Position numbers and translations under genes: made by a program
Shown: positions 29,098-40,300 of the stretch, piece by piece
Position numbering within the stretch: the first letter of the stretch is position 1
Layout of the letters: every line of letters starts with the position of its first letter
Notes under the pieces: generated by a model
Told to the model about the DNA's origin: nothing
The model's database searches: none
The model's input: the letters and a program-made list of their open reading frames with translations, nothing else
Assembly: GCA_045106415.1 (NCBI GenBank)
Contig: JBGCEP010000018.1
Span: forward strand, 34,047 to 98,046
DNA from: Oligoflexales bacterium
Lineage (GTDB): Bacteria > Bdellovibrionota_B > Oligoflexia > Oligoflexales > Bog-1112
DNA length: 64,000 nucleotides
Reading direction: 5' to 3'

Positions 29098-29280
29098 TGA
29101 TATCTCCACTTGGCTCTTTTAAGAGCTCTGGTCTTTTGGCATACAAGACACGACTTGCGTCTATCCTAGGCATAGCCCGGACGCCAGATGTTCTGTATAC
29201 CGGAGTCAGCCATGTTATTCAAGTCCTAATCACAAGACAAGGAGATTCAGAGTAAACTCAAAGATATTTTTGGAAAAGAG

Positions 29281-30231
29281 TTATTTTTCATGGAAAAGAG
29301 CGCTGATCGATTCGTGCTTTTGCAGACGAATCACAGCTTGCCCTAAAAGCTCACCAACACTGACCTGTTCTATCTTTTCACAGACTTGTGCAGCAGCACT
29401 CAAGGGAATTGAGTTTGTGACCACCAATTTCTGAATAGGTGAGTCTATTATTTTCGCAACGGCATCACCGCTTAATACAGCGTGTGCTACGGCGGCTTGA
29501 ACACTTTTTGCACCTGCGCTATGTAAAGCTTGAGCCCCTCGGACAAGGCTTCCGGCTGTGTCCACAATATCATCGACAATCAGGCAGTCTTTGCCTTTCA
29601 CGTCTCCAATGATATGCATCACCATAGATTCATTTGGTTTGTCACGTCGTTTATCAATAATACCTAAACCACAGTTCAGCCGCTTTGCCATCGCTCGTGC
29701 ACGCTCTACCCCACCAGCATCAGGGGACACCACCATCCAGTCTTTTTGTTCTCGGCACTTTTCCAGCCAATCAAAAAAAACAGAGTTTGCGAACAAATGA
29801 TCAACAGGGACGCTAAAAAAACCTTGAATGGCAGAGGTGTGGAGCTCCAAAGCTAAAACACGGGACACACCTGCTGCCTCATACAAATCTGCGACTAACT
29901 TTGCAGTAATTGGAGTTCTTGGAGCATTCTTTCTCTCTTGTCGAGAGTAACCAAAATACGGCATAACCAAAGTAATGGAAGAAGCAGAAGCCCTCGAGCA
30001 GGCATCAACCATGATCAAAGCTTCCATGATTAAATGATTTGCAGGAGCTGAGGTTGGCTGGACAATATAAACATCTCGCCCTCGAACATTCTCTTTAAGT
30101 TCAACACGAGTTTCACCATCCGCAAACGATGACACCAAGGCCTGACCTAAACGCCCACCCGTTTCTTTCGCAATTTCAACTGCAAGATCCGGATTACCAC
30201 TACCACTAAATATAATATAGTTTTTATCCAA
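29281..30231 (-). CDS. prs: ribose-phosphate pyrophosphokinase
   Basis: FSGSGNPDLA, YFGYSRQERK and the PRPP loop LIVDDIVDTAGS. TTG 30231 (GAGG SD) gives 316 aa. The longer ORF-track version would run into the tRNA-Gln gene. Confidence 0.95.
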   Translation of the reverse strand: MDKNYIIFSGSGNPDLAVEIAKETGGRLGQALVSSFADGETRVELKENVRGRDVYIVQPTSAPANHLIMEALIMVDACSRASASSITLVMPYFGYSRQERKNAPRTPITAKLVADLYEAAGVSRVLALELHTSAIQGFFSVPVDHLFANSVFFDWLEKCREQKDWMVVSPDAGGVERARAMAKRLNCGLGIIDKRRDKPNESMVMHIIGDVKGKDCLIVDDIVDTAGSLVRGAQALHSAGAKSVQAAVAHAVLSGDAVAKIIDSPIQKLVVTNSIPLSAAAQVCEKIEQVSVGELLGQAVIRLQKHESISALFHEK

Positions 30232-30254
30232 GGTCGTAACCTCGAGAAGAAGGA

Positions 30255-30330
30255 TGGCTGGGGCGGCAGGATTCGAACCTGCGCGTGCTAGAATCAAAAT
30301 CTAGTGTCTTAACCGCTTGACTACGCCCCA
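30255..30330 (-). tRNA. tRNA-Gln (anticodon UUG), CCA encoded
   Basis: Reverse strand reads TGGGGCGTAGTCAAGCGGTTAAGACACTAGATTTTGATTCTAGC...GGTTCGAATCCTGCCGCCCCAGCCA. The cloverleaf has a 7-bp acceptor stem and the anticodon loop TTTTGAT. Confidence 0.93.
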
Positions 30331-30406
30331 AGAGAATATAGCTCTCTGAACTAGAGAACTGTTTACTACGTATGCCGCAGGTGGTCAAGAGAGAATCCTG
30401 TTTTTT

Positions 30407-32929
30407 TTATAACTCTTCTTCTGAAGAAGGAAGCAACGCCCCAACTGCTTGCTGTCGAGACCATACTGTTCCGCCTTCTGAATCCATATCTACCAACCAA
30501 CTTCCACGACACTGTTCCGGGTGATCCATCAACCTGCGCGCAACCGCATCCGACACAAGAGAGCGGAACATTCGCCTAACTGCACGCCCACCTCGATGGC
30601 TATGTGCCAAAATCTCAGTTTGAATTTTTTCACCAAGTACAATTTTAAAGTTACGCGATCGCAGCCGACGATTCAACTCTTGCAGCTCTTGAGCACACAA
30701 TTGTGACCAAGAACTTTTTGACAGCCCCTCAAACAAAACGATTTCATCAATTCTTTCTACAAGCTCTGGCCGCATCATCTCACTCAACTGAGAACGAATG
30801 CTATCTTCCTCGCCTGACTCAACACTTAAATTTGAAGTCATAACAATCATAGTATGACGAAAATCAATGCTACGCCGCGTAGAATCAGTTAAACGTCCTT
30901 CATCAAAAATTTGCAGCATAAGATCTAAAACTTTAGGATTCGCTTTTTCAATTTCATCAAGCAAGAGCAAAGTCCAAGGCTGGACTCTCACTGGATCCGT
31001 GAGCTCACCTCCTTGATCATACCCAACATACCCCGGGGGGGCTCCTGTCAACCGAGAGACAGCATGAAGCTCCATATACTCCGACATATCCAAACGAATC
31101 ATACGCCGAGGATCATCATAAAATTCCTTAGCAAGAGCTTTCGCCAGCTGCGTCTTACCAACACCAGTTGGCCCCACGAATAAAAAAACACCTTGAGGCC
31201 GGTCAGGATCTGCTATACCAGCCAAACTCCTTCTTAGTGCTTTCTCCACGGTTTTCACAGCATGAGGCTGGCCAAAAACCTGCTTTGACAGCCTTTCGCC
31301 AAGTCCCTGCAGTTTTTGAAGACGTTCATCATCATCATTGTGGATAGGTATTCCCGTCATTGAAGCCACAACCTCTGCAACTTCAACCGCACCTACTTTT
31401 TGTCTTAACCATGGGTCTTCAACCTGCAAATCTTCTAGATCAACACACAGGCCTTGAGACTCTCCTGTCAATCTTCCTATTTTACGGCTCAGTTCTCCAG
31501 CATACTCCCATTGCTCGTTTCTCTGAGCTTCTTCAAGCATCTCTTGTATCTCTTGCCTTTCTTGCTCAATACCATTGAGCTCCCCCACTAACTTTTGATG
31601 CTGTCTCCAACGAGATTCTTTAACATCTAAACTCTCTCTAATTTCCAAAATTTCAGCTTCCAGCCTTCCCAATGAGAACGTCTCAGATGGCAACAAGACT
31701 TGCTTTTCCAGCTCACACTGTTCAAGACGTGACTTTAAAGCCTCCACAACTGCAGGCATGCTATCGATTTGAAGCCTCATACGACTACAGGCATCATCCA
31801 GAACATCCAATGCCTTGTCTGGCAATCGTCGCTCCGGCATATACCTCACACTCAAAGAGACAGCCCCCTGCAAGGCTTCATTGTCAATTTGCACCCCATG
31901 ATGGACTTCATAACGGCCTTTCAAGCCTCTCAATATCGATAACGTCACAGCTGAGGTTGGTTCATGAACCTGAATTTGTTGAAAACGCCGAGATAACGCC
32001 GGATCTTTCTCCACATGAAGTCGATATTCCTCTATCGTTGTCGCACCCAAACAGCGCAAATCTCCTCGTGCCAGAGCTGGTTTCATAAGATTTGCTGCAT
32101 CCATCGCACCATCAGAACCCCCAGCACCCACCAGCATATGAATCTCATCAATGAAAAGAATGATTTCTTTGCCACATTTTTCCATGGCATCAAGAATTTG
32201 CTTCATTCTCTCTTCGAACTCACCACGAAACCTTGTCCCAGCAACTACGGCCCCAAGATCTAAAGACAAAAGCCTTTGACCTTGAAGCGATTCAGGCACC
32301 TTACCCTCTGTAATTCTTAAAGCTATAGCTTCTGCAATAGCACTTTTTCCTACACCAGGAGGACCGACAACAACTGGATTATTTTTCTTTTTCCGCCCTA
32401 AAACCTGAAGGACTTGGCGAATCTCAAAATCGCGTCCTACAACAGGATCTAAACCACCCTCTGCAGCCATAGCCGTTAAGTCAACGGTGTACTTCTTCAA
32501 AACTTCTTCATGAGCATCATCATCAGAGCTTGAGCTTACAGAATCTTTCTCTTCAGAGCCTGCAACTTCTTTTGAAGCAGAGGCTTTGGAGCCTTTTACC
32601 TCAGCTATACCTTTTAAAACCTCTGATGCTTGAACAAGTTCTTCCCACATGATCTTTTCATGAACCAAAGAGCTTCCAGCTTTTTTTTCACAGGCATCAA
32701 GGGCTTGATCGAGACGCTTACCAAAAGCGACACCTTTACGGGTAGCAACACGCGGCGCCTGTCGCAAACCTTTTTGCAGAATTTCAACGAAACGAGTTTT
32801 TCGCTGTGCCTTAGCAAAAGCCAAAGCGACATGCTCGACCTCTAATATAGCGTGCCCATAACTGCGGGCATAACGCAACCCATGCTGCAGAGCTTTTTGA
32901 CACACAAAATCGTAGCGAGACATATCCAT
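30407..32929 (-). CDS. clpB: ClpB-like Hsp100 disaggregase (two AAA+ modules plus a long coiled-coil M-domain)
   Basis: Walker A motifs [13 protein letters not shown] and [39 protein letters not shown], and a ~120-aa coiled-coil between the modules. No ClpP-docking tripeptide. A Ser/Asp-rich linker follows a divergent Clp_N domain. Starts at ATG 32929. Confidence 0.9.
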   Translation of the reverse strand: MDMSRYDFVCQKALQHGLRYARSYGHAILEVEHVALAFAKAQRKTRFVEILQKGLRQAPRVATRKGVAFGKRLDQALDACEKKAGSSLVHEKIMWEELVQASEVLKGIAEVKGSKASASKEVAGSEEKDSVSSSSDDDAHEEVLKKYTVDLTAMAAEGGLDPVVGRDFEIRQVLQVLGRKKKNNPVVVGPPGVGKSAIAEAIALRITEGKVPESLQGQRLLSLDLGAVVAGTRFRGEFEERMKQILDAMEKCGKEIILFIDEIHMLVGAGGSDGAMDAANLMKPALARGDLRCLGATTIEEYRLHVEKDPALSRRFQQIQVHEPTSAVTLSILRGLKGRYEVHHGVQIDNEALQGAVSLSVRYMPERRLPDKALDVLDDACSRMRLQIDSMPAVVEALKSRLEQCELEKQVLLPSETFSLGRLEAEILEIRESLDVKESRWRQHQKLVGELNGIEQERQEIQEMLEEAQRNEQWEYAGELSRKIGRLTGESQGLCVDLEDLQVEDPWLRQKVGAVEVAEVVASMTGIPIHNDDDERLQKLQGLGERLSKQVFGQPHAVKTVEKALRRSLAGIADPDRPQGVFLFVGPTGVGKTQLAKALAKEFYDDPRRMIRLDMSEYMELHAVSRLTGAPPGYVGYDQGGELTDPVRVQPWTLLLLDEIEKANPKVLDLMLQIFDEGRLTDSTRRSIDFRHTMIVMTSNLSVESGEEDSIRSQLSEMMRPELVERIDEIVLFEGLSKSSWSQLCAQELQELNRRLRSRNFKIVLGEKIQTEILAHSHRGGRAVRRMFRSLVSDAVARRLMDHPEQCRGSWLVDMDSEGGTVWSRQQAVGALLPSSEEEL

Positions 32930-32987
32930 ATAAACAGGATCGGTCTTTTTTTCAAAAAATAAAGGAACAACCTGCCCACACTTCGAA

Positions 32988-33251
32988 TTAGATTGGTTTC
33001 TTTGAGGCCTCAATAAACTTCAACTTCAGGTCTTCTAGAAGATCCTTCAGCAGAGACTGTTCTTCTCCTTCAAGATTCCCTTTGGTCTTACAGGACAACA
33101 TTTCAATAATATCAATATTTTGCCTTGCTAAATGTAAGTTTTGCGCTCTTGCTTTAAGGTCCTTTGAACCAAGATGCTGCAAAGCAGCAGAAGAGAAACC
33201 TAAGATCAGTGCACTAAAAGAGATTTCATCTCTTTGTTCATTTTGAGCCAT
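32988..33251 (-). CDS. DUF1844 domain protein
   Basis: 87 aa. FSALILGFSSAALQHLG...NLHLARQNIDIIEMLSCKTKGNLEGEEQSLLKDLLEDLKLKF matches the DUF1844 pattern as I remember it. Confidence 0.75.
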   Translation of the reverse strand: MAQNEQRDEISFSALILGFSSAALQHLGSKDLKARAQNLHLARQNIDIIEMLSCKTKGNLEGEEQSLLKDLLEDLKLKFIEASKKPI

Positions 33252-33348
33252 CAAACACCTCAGTACAAAAACACCACAAATCACGAACTCACAAGTCTTT
33301 AAAAAAGCACGATACTAAATAAACTTCAAAAAGCTAGGTTAGCAATTC

Positions 33349-34131
33349 ATGCAGCCAGCATCAACTGCCCTCCTATGCTATGATAGGCACATGACAAAAC
33401 CCGATGAAAAACAAGGCGTGATCCACTTCTTCAAAGACGAACAAAGCATCGATGCCGTTCGCCTTCGACAAGACAATACAATTTTAGGAAGAGAAAAAGC
33501 AGACATCATTATTGATGACGACCAAGTCTCAGCCACACATTGTCAAATCCACAAAATTAGCGGGACCTACCATCTCTTCGACATGAACAGCACAAATGGA
33601 ACATGGCTTAACTCAGAGCGAGTTGTCCGCGCAAAACTACGATCCGGCGATAAAATTCGCGTTGGCAACACTCATCTTGAATTTCATTTAGAAGAACAAC
33701 AAAAGGCCAAATTGATTGGCAATGTTTTTTCAAAAAAAATGGAAGAAAGTGAAAAAACAAGCGTCGTCAACAGCCTCATCGAACAAGAGCTCGCCTCCGC
33801 TGCAGCCTGGCAACTTGAGCTTGCAATTCAATACCCAGACGCGTCGACAGAGCACCTTGTTTTTCATCAAAACATTCTCCTCATTGGCAGAGCGAGTAGC
33901 TTTGGGAAATTCGATGAAGACACCGAAATTTCAAGAAACCACCTAGCCATCAAAGTCAACGACAGCGGAGATGTGTTTATTGAAGATCAAGGGTCCACAA
34001 ACGGCTCATACTTAAATGGAGAGCGTATCAGCGGAATTCATTTGATTACACCCGAAGACAATATTCGTGTTGGAGGATGTGAAATCAAAGCCTATATAAG
34101 AAAAAAACAAAAATCTTCAAAAAAAAATTAA
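33349..34131 (+). CDS. tandem FHA-domain protein
   Basis: Two FHA cores: ILGREKADIIIDDDQVSATHCQI...DMNSTNGTWLNSERV and LLIGRASS...ISRNHLAIKV...DQGSTNGSYLNGERI. An alternative start is ATG 33391. Confidence 0.85.
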   Translation: MQPASTALLCYDRHMTKPDEKQGVIHFFKDEQSIDAVRLRQDNTILGREKADIIIDDDQVSATHCQIHKISGTYHLFDMNSTNGTWLNSERVVRAKLRSGDKIRVGNTHLEFHLEEQQKAKLIGNVFSKKMEESEKTSVVNSLIEQELASAAAWQLELAIQYPDASTEHLVFHQNILLIGRASSFGKFDEDTEISRNHLAIKVNDSGDVFIEDQGSTNGSYLNGERISGIHLITPEDNIRVGGCEIKAYIRKKQKSSKKN

Positions 34132-34592
34132 CAACACACCAAGTTTAAAGCCGTTCATTATTCTAAACTAAATGACACAAAGACCTCGGTCATTGACGAC
34201 AAGAAACACGTTTTGATTTCTTTATGATACAAAAAGACAGCACGAAGATAAAATAGCCACCACCCAAATTTTACGATCCACTGTTTTGAGTTTACTTTAA
34301 CCTGCCTACACAGATGAAAAATCAAATCTTTTATTCAATGGAGATAGTTTCACTTTGCGTATATGGGATTTTTTTCTCCACAAACTGACACCGACCGCGC
34401 TACATATCGCACAGACAACACATTATTTTATAAAGACAAAATCTCAGGGAACGCATCAAGATGACAAGAGAACACTTGTTGTCGCAGACATAAATTTTAA
34501 AAGTCACGAAAATAAATTTAGTATGAAAAAGTTATATCAATTTAATATTGATAAATAAAAGATCTATATTTTTAGGAAAATTAGAAAAAGAA

Positions 34593-34677
<85 letters not shown>

Positions 34678-34717
34678 AGTGACCGGTTTTCACCGGCCGT
34701 CTTGAATCACGTATTTA

Positions 34718-35077
34718 CTAGGCACTTAAAGCTTGGCGAGCTTTCTCAACAATTTGTGAGAAACCGTCTTTATCACGAATACACATATCCGCGAGGACAC
34801 TACGGTCTAGCTCAATACCAGCTTGATTCAAACCATGGATAAATGAAGAGTACTTCATTCCTTCAGTGCGTACTGCAGCTGAAATACGGATAATCCAAAG
34901 TCGTCGAAAATCACGCTTCTTTACCTTACGGTCTCTGTAAGCATAACTCAAGGCCTTTTTAACAACATGTGCCGCTGTGCGGTACCTGGTGCTACGAGAT
35001 CCACGGAAGCCTTTTGCCCGCTCAAGTACGCCTTTTCTACGACGCCTCGCTTTGAATCCTCGTTTTACTCGTGCCAC
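34718..35077 (-). CDS. rplT: 50S ribosomal protein L20
   Basis: ARVKRGFKARRRRK...AYRDRKVKKRDFRRLWIIRI. GTG start. Confidence 0.96.
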   Translation of the reverse strand: MARVKRGFKARRRRKGVLERAKGFRGSRSTRYRTAAHVVKKALSYAYRDRKVKKRDFRRLWIIRISAAVRTEGMKYSSFIHGLNQAGIELDRSVLADMCIRDKDGFSQIVEKARQALSA

Positions 35078-35100
35078 GTTCGTTCCTCTCTAAATCAAAA

Positions 35101-35298
35101 TTAGCCGTTTGGCAAACAAGCCAAGACTAGACCGCGATCGGCGTTACTTACATAACTACCTTTTTTCAAACGGTTTTTACGATCACTAGGCTTTTTTGTG
35201 AGAATGTGTTCACAGTTGGCCTTAGCTCTCTTGATCTTGCCTGAAGCCTTGATGCGAAATCTTTTCGCAGCCGCTTTTTTGGTTTTCAGTTTTGGCAT
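35101..35298 (-). CDS. rpmI: 50S ribosomal protein L35
   Basis: MPKLKTKKAAAKRFRIKASGKIKR...HILTKK, 65 aa. Confidence 0.93.
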   Translation of the reverse strand: MPKLKTKKAAAKRFRIKASGKIKRAKANCEHILTKKPSDRKNRLKKGSYVSNADRGLVLACLPNG

Positions 35299-35457
35299 AT
35301 CTTTGTCCTAACTGTTTTTGGACATGAATCACGTCCCAAACTTCTACCACAGAAGTCTGAGAGCACTGGATATCATACAGATTTCACCAAAGCAACAAAC
35401 TTCGGTGTTTTTTATTTTTTTATGTGAAATTTTGCAGTGCAAGTCCCTTAAATGAGG

Positions 35458-36234
35458 CTAAGCAGCTGGCAAAGCAATCATAATCCTAGCTTCTTGCACA
35501 AGACGCTCATGATTTGCAATTGCATCACGCCAACGGCCAGCAGGCATTCTAAGCACTCCGGCAGAGACAAACTCCACCTCTACCGATAGTGGGCGACGGC
35601 CCACTGAACGAGACACTTCTTGGCGGGACGGCTCTCTATACCACCTCCCCATTAATCTTTCATCAAAAGCAGAGCGATGGATATGACTTAAATCCATGAG
35701 AACACGAGAGTTTTCATCAATAATTTTGTAAAACCCCGTCGGAGACCCTTGGTTCTTCAAACGAAAAACTAAACCTGTGAATGGACTTTCTTTCGCTTGT
35801 GTCTTTTCATCTAAAAAATTTAAGCCTTCACGTAAGATAGCTCTAGAGAGTCGATTTTCAAAATGATGAGTCAAACTGCCACCTGAGTGGTATTCGGTGT
35901 TTTTAAGCCAAGTCGTTGTTTCTACTAGATTACCTGCTTTTTTTGCTTGCTCAAGCGCTGTCATCTCGACCATCCCTGCCTGAGTTGATATTGTTCGATT
36001 TAATTCAATAACCCTATTTTTCAAGTAAGTCAGCCCCTGCCTTCTAGCGTCAAGATCCAGATCTTGCCAGGAAAAGTCTGACTTAGAGGAGGCAACACGG
36101 CTCGACTGTCGAATTTTTGCCACACTCCAGTCAATTTCAAGCGTTCCTTGGTGTTCAACAACCTTTTCTGCGTACACACCTGTTGTGAAAGCTACGAACA
36201 TGAAGACAAATGAGTATAATTGTATGATGCGCAT
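35458..36234 (-). CDS. secreted hypothetical protein
   Basis: 258 aa with the signal peptide MRIIQLYSFVFMFVAFTTGVYA. No motif recognised. Confidence 0.65.
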   Translation of the reverse strand: MRIIQLYSFVFMFVAFTTGVYAEKVVEHQGTLEIDWSVAKIRQSSRVASSKSDFSWQDLDLDARRQGLTYLKNRVIELNRTISTQAGMVEMTALEQAKKAGNLVETTTWLKNTEYHSGGSLTHHFENRLSRAILREGLNFLDEKTQAKESPFTGLVFRLKNQGSPTGFYKIIDENSRVLMDLSHIHRSAFDERLMGRWYREPSRQEVSRSVGRRPLSVEVEFVSAGVLRMPAGRWRDAIANHERLVQEARIMIALPAA

Positions 36235-36393
36235 ATAAACCTCAGGGCGTGATTTTCTGAAATTGTATCAGGAATTTTAATAGAAGTAATGCACTCGTGA
36301 AGAAGGATTCTTGTTTACGCGACGAGCCTATCCGATATAGTCATAGAGTGCTCATGTAGAAGAGCCGCAAATACTCACAGAGAAAGGCAGCGT

Positions 36394-37950
36394 ATGCTTG
36401 AAACATATATTGGACTTGGCGTCATCTCAACAATTGCAGGTTTTATTCTTTTCCGAGGACTCCTTTTCGCATTACCAAGGCGTTTGAGCTCTGCTCATTA
36501 CGATCAACGAAAAGAAGTGATTAGCGAAGCAAAGCGCCAAGCGGAAAGCATTCTTAAAAACGCCCGCACACAAGAAGATGAAGCTATTGAAATCATGGAA
36601 GAAGAACTTAAAGATGAAATTGAACAGGAACAAGAAGCCCTTGAAGACCTGAAAACTGAGCTCGACGATCAAGATCGTTACCTCAAAAGCGTGCAAAAGC
36701 AAACAGAGAACGCTGAGAACAAAGTGACCAAGCGTGAGGGCGCGATTCAGATCATTCAACAAGAAACTGTAAAAAAACAAGAAGACCTCAAAACAGAGCA
36801 AGAAAACCTCATTACAACTCTCACTTCACAAACAGACCTTCAAATTGATCACACACGCCAGCAACTTCAGCAGCAAATTCTCGATGCTAGAACAGTTGAG
36901 TGCCAAAGGTTTCTCAAAGCCCTAGAAGACAATTTCTCATCTGAAGCATCACGAAATGCAAAAAGAATATTGGAAAAAGCAAACGCTCGATATGCCCCAA
37001 CTTTTTATTGGCCGAAACACTCTAATACCGTGGAAGCAGAACAAAAAATCATCGACACCCTTCAAAAGGAGGGTGACACAACTCTAGAGGAACTATCAGA
37101 ACTTTCAGGCTGTCAAATTCAACCAGCCACAGAAACTTCTATCCCCATGATCCGACTTTCTGGGGGCTTCGGCATCGACCGTGAGTCTGCACGACTTGCC
37201 CTCGAAACAGCACTTCAAGGGCAATCACCAAAGTGGAGACAACTCCCTGATCTGTATCAAAACCAAAGACAGCGCTTGATGGCAGAGGCTTCAGATCTAG
37301 GGGAAAAAGCCATTCATCAACTTCAGCTTCCCAATATCCACACAGAGCTCCAAAGGCTCGTCGGCGCTCTGAATTGGCGTACTTCATATCGCCAAAATCA
37401 ATGGCACCATACCGTTGAAGTGGCCACTCTCGCCGGACTTCTCGCAAGCGAAGTTGGCGTCGACCCCGAACACGCAAAGCGCTGCGGACTCTTGCACGAC
37501 ATAGGAAAGGCCCTGGACTACAATATTGAAGGAAGTCACGCTGTTATTAGTGGTGATTACGCTGACCGTTACGGAGAATCTAGATTTATCTGTGATGCAG
37601 TCATGTCTCATCACGACGACCTGATTGTGGAGTCGCCTCTGGCATGGCTTTTACGTGCTGCCGACACCATGTCAGGCGCTCGACCAGGAGCTCGCGTAAA
37701 CTTAGAAGAAGGCTACCAGATTCGACTCGACGCAATCTCAGAAGCCGCTCATTCTTTTTCTGAGGTCTCAAACCTTGCCATTATGAATGGTGGTCGAGAG
37801 GTTCACGTCCAGGTACACAGCAATACAAAAGAGCGAGAGGTTCAATCTCTCCCAAGACGCCTGGCTGACAAGATCGAAGAAAATGTCGCCTACCCTGGTC
37901 AAATACGCGTTGTCGTAACACGAACATTTGAGTCGGTCGCTGTGGCTTAA
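36394..37950 (+). CDS. rny: ribonuclease Y
   Basis: N-terminal TM helix, a long Glu/Lys coiled coil, a KH region and an HD domain (HTVEVATLAG...GLLHDIGKALD...SHHDD). Confidence 0.93.
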   Translation: MLETYIGLGVISTIAGFILFRGLLFALPRRLSSAHYDQRKEVISEAKRQAESILKNARTQEDEAIEIMEEELKDEIEQEQEALEDLKTELDDQDRYLKSVQKQTENAENKVTKREGAIQIIQQETVKKQEDLKTEQENLITTLTSQTDLQIDHTRQQLQQQILDARTVECQRFLKALEDNFSSEASRNAKRILEKANARYAPTFYWPKHSNTVEAEQKIIDTLQKEGDTTLEELSELSGCQIQPATETSIPMIRLSGGFGIDRESARLALETALQGQSPKWRQLPDLYQNQRQRLMAEASDLGEKAIHQLQLPNIHTELQRLVGALNWRTSYRQNQWHHTVEVATLAGLLASEVGVDPEHAKRCGLLHDIGKALDYNIEGSHAVISGDYADRYGESRFICDAVMSHHDDLIVESPLAWLLRAADTMSGARPGARVNLEEGYQIRLDAISEAAHSFSEVSNLAIMNGGREVHVQVHSNTKEREVQSLPRRLADKIEENVAYPGQIRVVVTRTFESVAVA

Positions 37951-37994
37951 AAAACGGTGATGATAGAATAGAAAAAACTCTATTGGGGGTCAGC

Positions 37995-38651
37995 ATGACT
38001 CATATCATCTCAAAAACAGAAATTCAAAGCCTTGAGCTCGAGTGCCTTGGAAAGCCACACAATATCGAACTCAAACTTCAATTAGGATGCCTATTTCATA
38101 AAAATGGTCAATTTGCAGAGGCTGTACAAACCTATGAGGCCATCCTTCAGCAAGACCCTTCACACCCTGAAGCAAACCTCTCCATTATCGTCGTCCTCAT
38201 TGATCTCAATGAATATGAAGATGCTCATAGACGCTATCTACACTTCAATCAACAACAAGCCCACACGTACACAGCTGCTCATCAAATAGCAAACCACCAC
38301 AAAGCTCTCGCAAAACTTTATAAGCATGAAAAAAAAGTGAGCCTAGCAAACCAAGAGCTTCGAAAAGCTCTGCAAATTAACCCGAAAGATGTGCAGGCAC
38401 GCGTTGAATTATCAAAAACATCTATGGATCAAAAAGACTACAGCACCGCACAGCAAGAGCTAGAGAAAGTTATCGCCATACAACCTGATCATGACGAAGC
38501 TCTCACTATGTTAGGGCTTGTTTATCATCAAAACGGGAGCCATCATAAAGCAGCAAGGCACTGGATGCAGGCAAGAAGGCTAAATCATCAGCAAAAAGCA
38601 GCACAAATTATGCTACAAGCCACACAAAACTCGACCACCTCACCAACTTAA
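37995..38651 (+). CDS. TPR-repeat protein
   Basis: Several 34-aa TPR units (AVQTYEAILQQDPSHPEA, LRKALQINPKDVQA, LEKVIAIQPDHDEA). Starts at ATG 37995. Confidence 0.75.
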   Translation: MTHIISKTEIQSLELECLGKPHNIELKLQLGCLFHKNGQFAEAVQTYEAILQQDPSHPEANLSIIVVLIDLNEYEDAHRRYLHFNQQQAHTYTAAHQIANHHKALAKLYKHEKKVSLANQELRKALQINPKDVQARVELSKTSMDQKDYSTAQQELEKVIAIQPDHDEALTMLGLVYHQNGSHHKAARHWMQARRLNHQQKAAQIMLQATQNSTTSPT

Positions 38652-39235
38652 AAACCACGCTCCAACACCTCTTCAATCACGTCATCTTCGACGCGACAAA
38701 CGCTCGACTCTCTTAAGTTTTTCATCTCAGCTAAAATAGAATAAAGACGATCACCCTCAACAACCCATTGATCTATTACAAAACGCTCTCCAACCCTCAT
38801 AACGATGTTCTTCGCTTGACTCACAGACTCCCCCTCAAGCCAAATCATACGAGTCAGAAGCCATGGAAAGCTTAAGGGTTGCACTCGACCATTTTCATCA
38901 TGCCACACAACGGTTTGACTCCCGTTCGATAATTTTTGTGAATACAACACTTGAGATCCTGGCCCCTGAAGCGCCAAACGCAGACCCTCACCGCCGCCAA
39001 TAGACACAGAGCTTTCTAGATAGCTCGGAGCACCAAGACGCTCAGCGCATGACGCGACAGGGCCATCAACACCACTAACTCTATGAAAAAGAGGGCACAC
39101 TTGATACATCTCAACTAATTTTTGGCAAGCTGATTGAACCTGAGACAAAACCCTATCAGATCTATTGACATCGCTTTGAGCTAAAGCTGTGCTCGCTGAG
39201 TTCAAAACCCAAAAAGTGAGATACAAAAACTTCAT
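38648..39235 (-). CDS. secreted hypothetical protein
   Basis: ATG 39235 is preceded by GGAGG. Signal peptide MKFLYLTFWVLNSASTALA. No motif recognised. Its 3' end overlaps the convergent TPR gene by 4 nt. Confidence 0.6.
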   Translation of the reverse strand: MKFLYLTFWVLNSASTALAQSDVNRSDRVLSQVQSACQKLVEMYQVCPLFHRVSGVDGPVASCAERLGAPSYLESSVSIGGGEGLRLALQGPGSQVLYSQKLSNGSQTVVWHDENGRVQPLSFPWLLTRMIWLEGESVSQAKNIVMRVGERFVIDQWVVEGDRLYSILAEMKNLRESSVCRVEDDVIEEVLERGF

Positions 39236-39393
39236 ATAAGACCTCCAGGTTAGCGTATCGGCATTCGTGAGGTGAAAACTAAGCGAAAGATCATAAAGAT
39301 CTGAACACACTAAAAACATTTAAAAAAACAAACATAACTTGGTTTTCTCTTAAAGATATGGTTGTTTGCCGTAAACAAAATACGGAGAACACC

Positions 39394-40245
39394 ATGTACG
39401 TTATGACTGTCGACTATCATGCCCCTGACGCCGCTGCGCAGGTGATTGAGTCTATGCAAAAAACAGGATTTGTCGTATTAGACAATCACGACATTCCCAT
39501 AGATCTCATTGCGAAATCGTATGAAGAGTGGCAACAATTCTTCAAACAACCAGAAGATCAAAAGCTTAAATATAAATTCCAAAGAGATTTTAAAATTGTT
39601 CAAGACGGGTTCTTCCCATCTTCAACCTCTGAGACAGCAAAAGGAAGTCAGATAAAAGACTTAAAAGAGTTCTACCACTACTACCCATGCGGCCGCACCC
39701 CAGAAGGGATGTCAGACGCCACAGCAGAACTAAGAACTCAGCTCATTAATATCTCCCGAGATATCCTCACTTGGTTGGAAAAAGGCCTCCCAGAAAACAC
39801 AAGGCAAGATTTGTCTATGCCTCTCGTCGATATGATCGACACAGAGCAACAGAGTCTGCTTCGCATTCTTCACTATCCACCTCTTTCTGAGCACCCTGAA
39901 GGCGCAATGAGAGCAGCCGCTCATGAAGACATCAACCTCATCACTCTCATACCAGCTGCAACAGCCTCAGGCCTCCAAGTACAAGATGTTCATGGACGTT
40001 GGCACAACATTGAAAGCAAACCAAATCAAATTATTATTAACTGTGGAGATATGCTTCAAGAGTCGAGTCAAAATCACTATAAAGCCACCACACACCGGGT
40101 TATGAACCCACAAGACCAATCGGCACATACATCTCGGTATTCCATTCCATTTTTCTTACACCCTCGAAGTGACGTACGACTTTCTGAACGCTATACAGCA
40201 GGAAGTTACTTGACCGAGCGTTTAAAAGAATTAGGCTTGCTGTAA
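39394..40245 (+). CDS. 2-oxoglutarate/Fe(II)-dependent oxygenase (isopenicillin N synthase-like family)
   Basis: RILHYPPL...AAAHEDINLITLI (HxD), GLQV, NCGDML and YKATTHRV (distal His and Arg). GGAG SD precedes ATG 39394. Confidence 0.85.
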   Translation: MYVMTVDYHAPDAAAQVIESMQKTGFVVLDNHDIPIDLIAKSYEEWQQFFKQPEDQKLKYKFQRDFKIVQDGFFPSSTSETAKGSQIKDLKEFYHYYPCGRTPEGMSDATAELRTQLINISRDILTWLEKGLPENTRQDLSMPLVDMIDTEQQSLLRILHYPPLSEHPEGAMRAAAHEDINLITLIPAATASGLQVQDVHGRWHNIESKPNQIIINCGDMLQESSQNHYKATTHRVMNPQDQSAHTSRYSIPFFLHPRSDVRLSERYTAGSYLTERLKELGLL

Positions 40246-40266
40246 ACACATAAAAATTCATGGTAT

Positions 40267-40300
40267 AAGTGATGGCTGTTTCATACTGGAGCCATCACTT
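40267..40300 (+). promoter_or_regulatory. perfect 11-bp hairpin abutting the ddl start codon and partly covering its SD
   Basis: aagtgatggct (40267-40277) / agccatcactt (40290-40300) with a 12-nt loop. GGAG at 40288-40291 straddles the loop-stem junction. ATG is at 40301. Confidence 0.4.

Noticed and set aside
34355-34558. 67-aa ORF in the AT-rich gap between the FHA gene and tRNA-Leu
   Set aside because: TTG start, no SD, Lys/Ile/Phe-rich composition typical of AT-rich non-coding DNA, and no motif.
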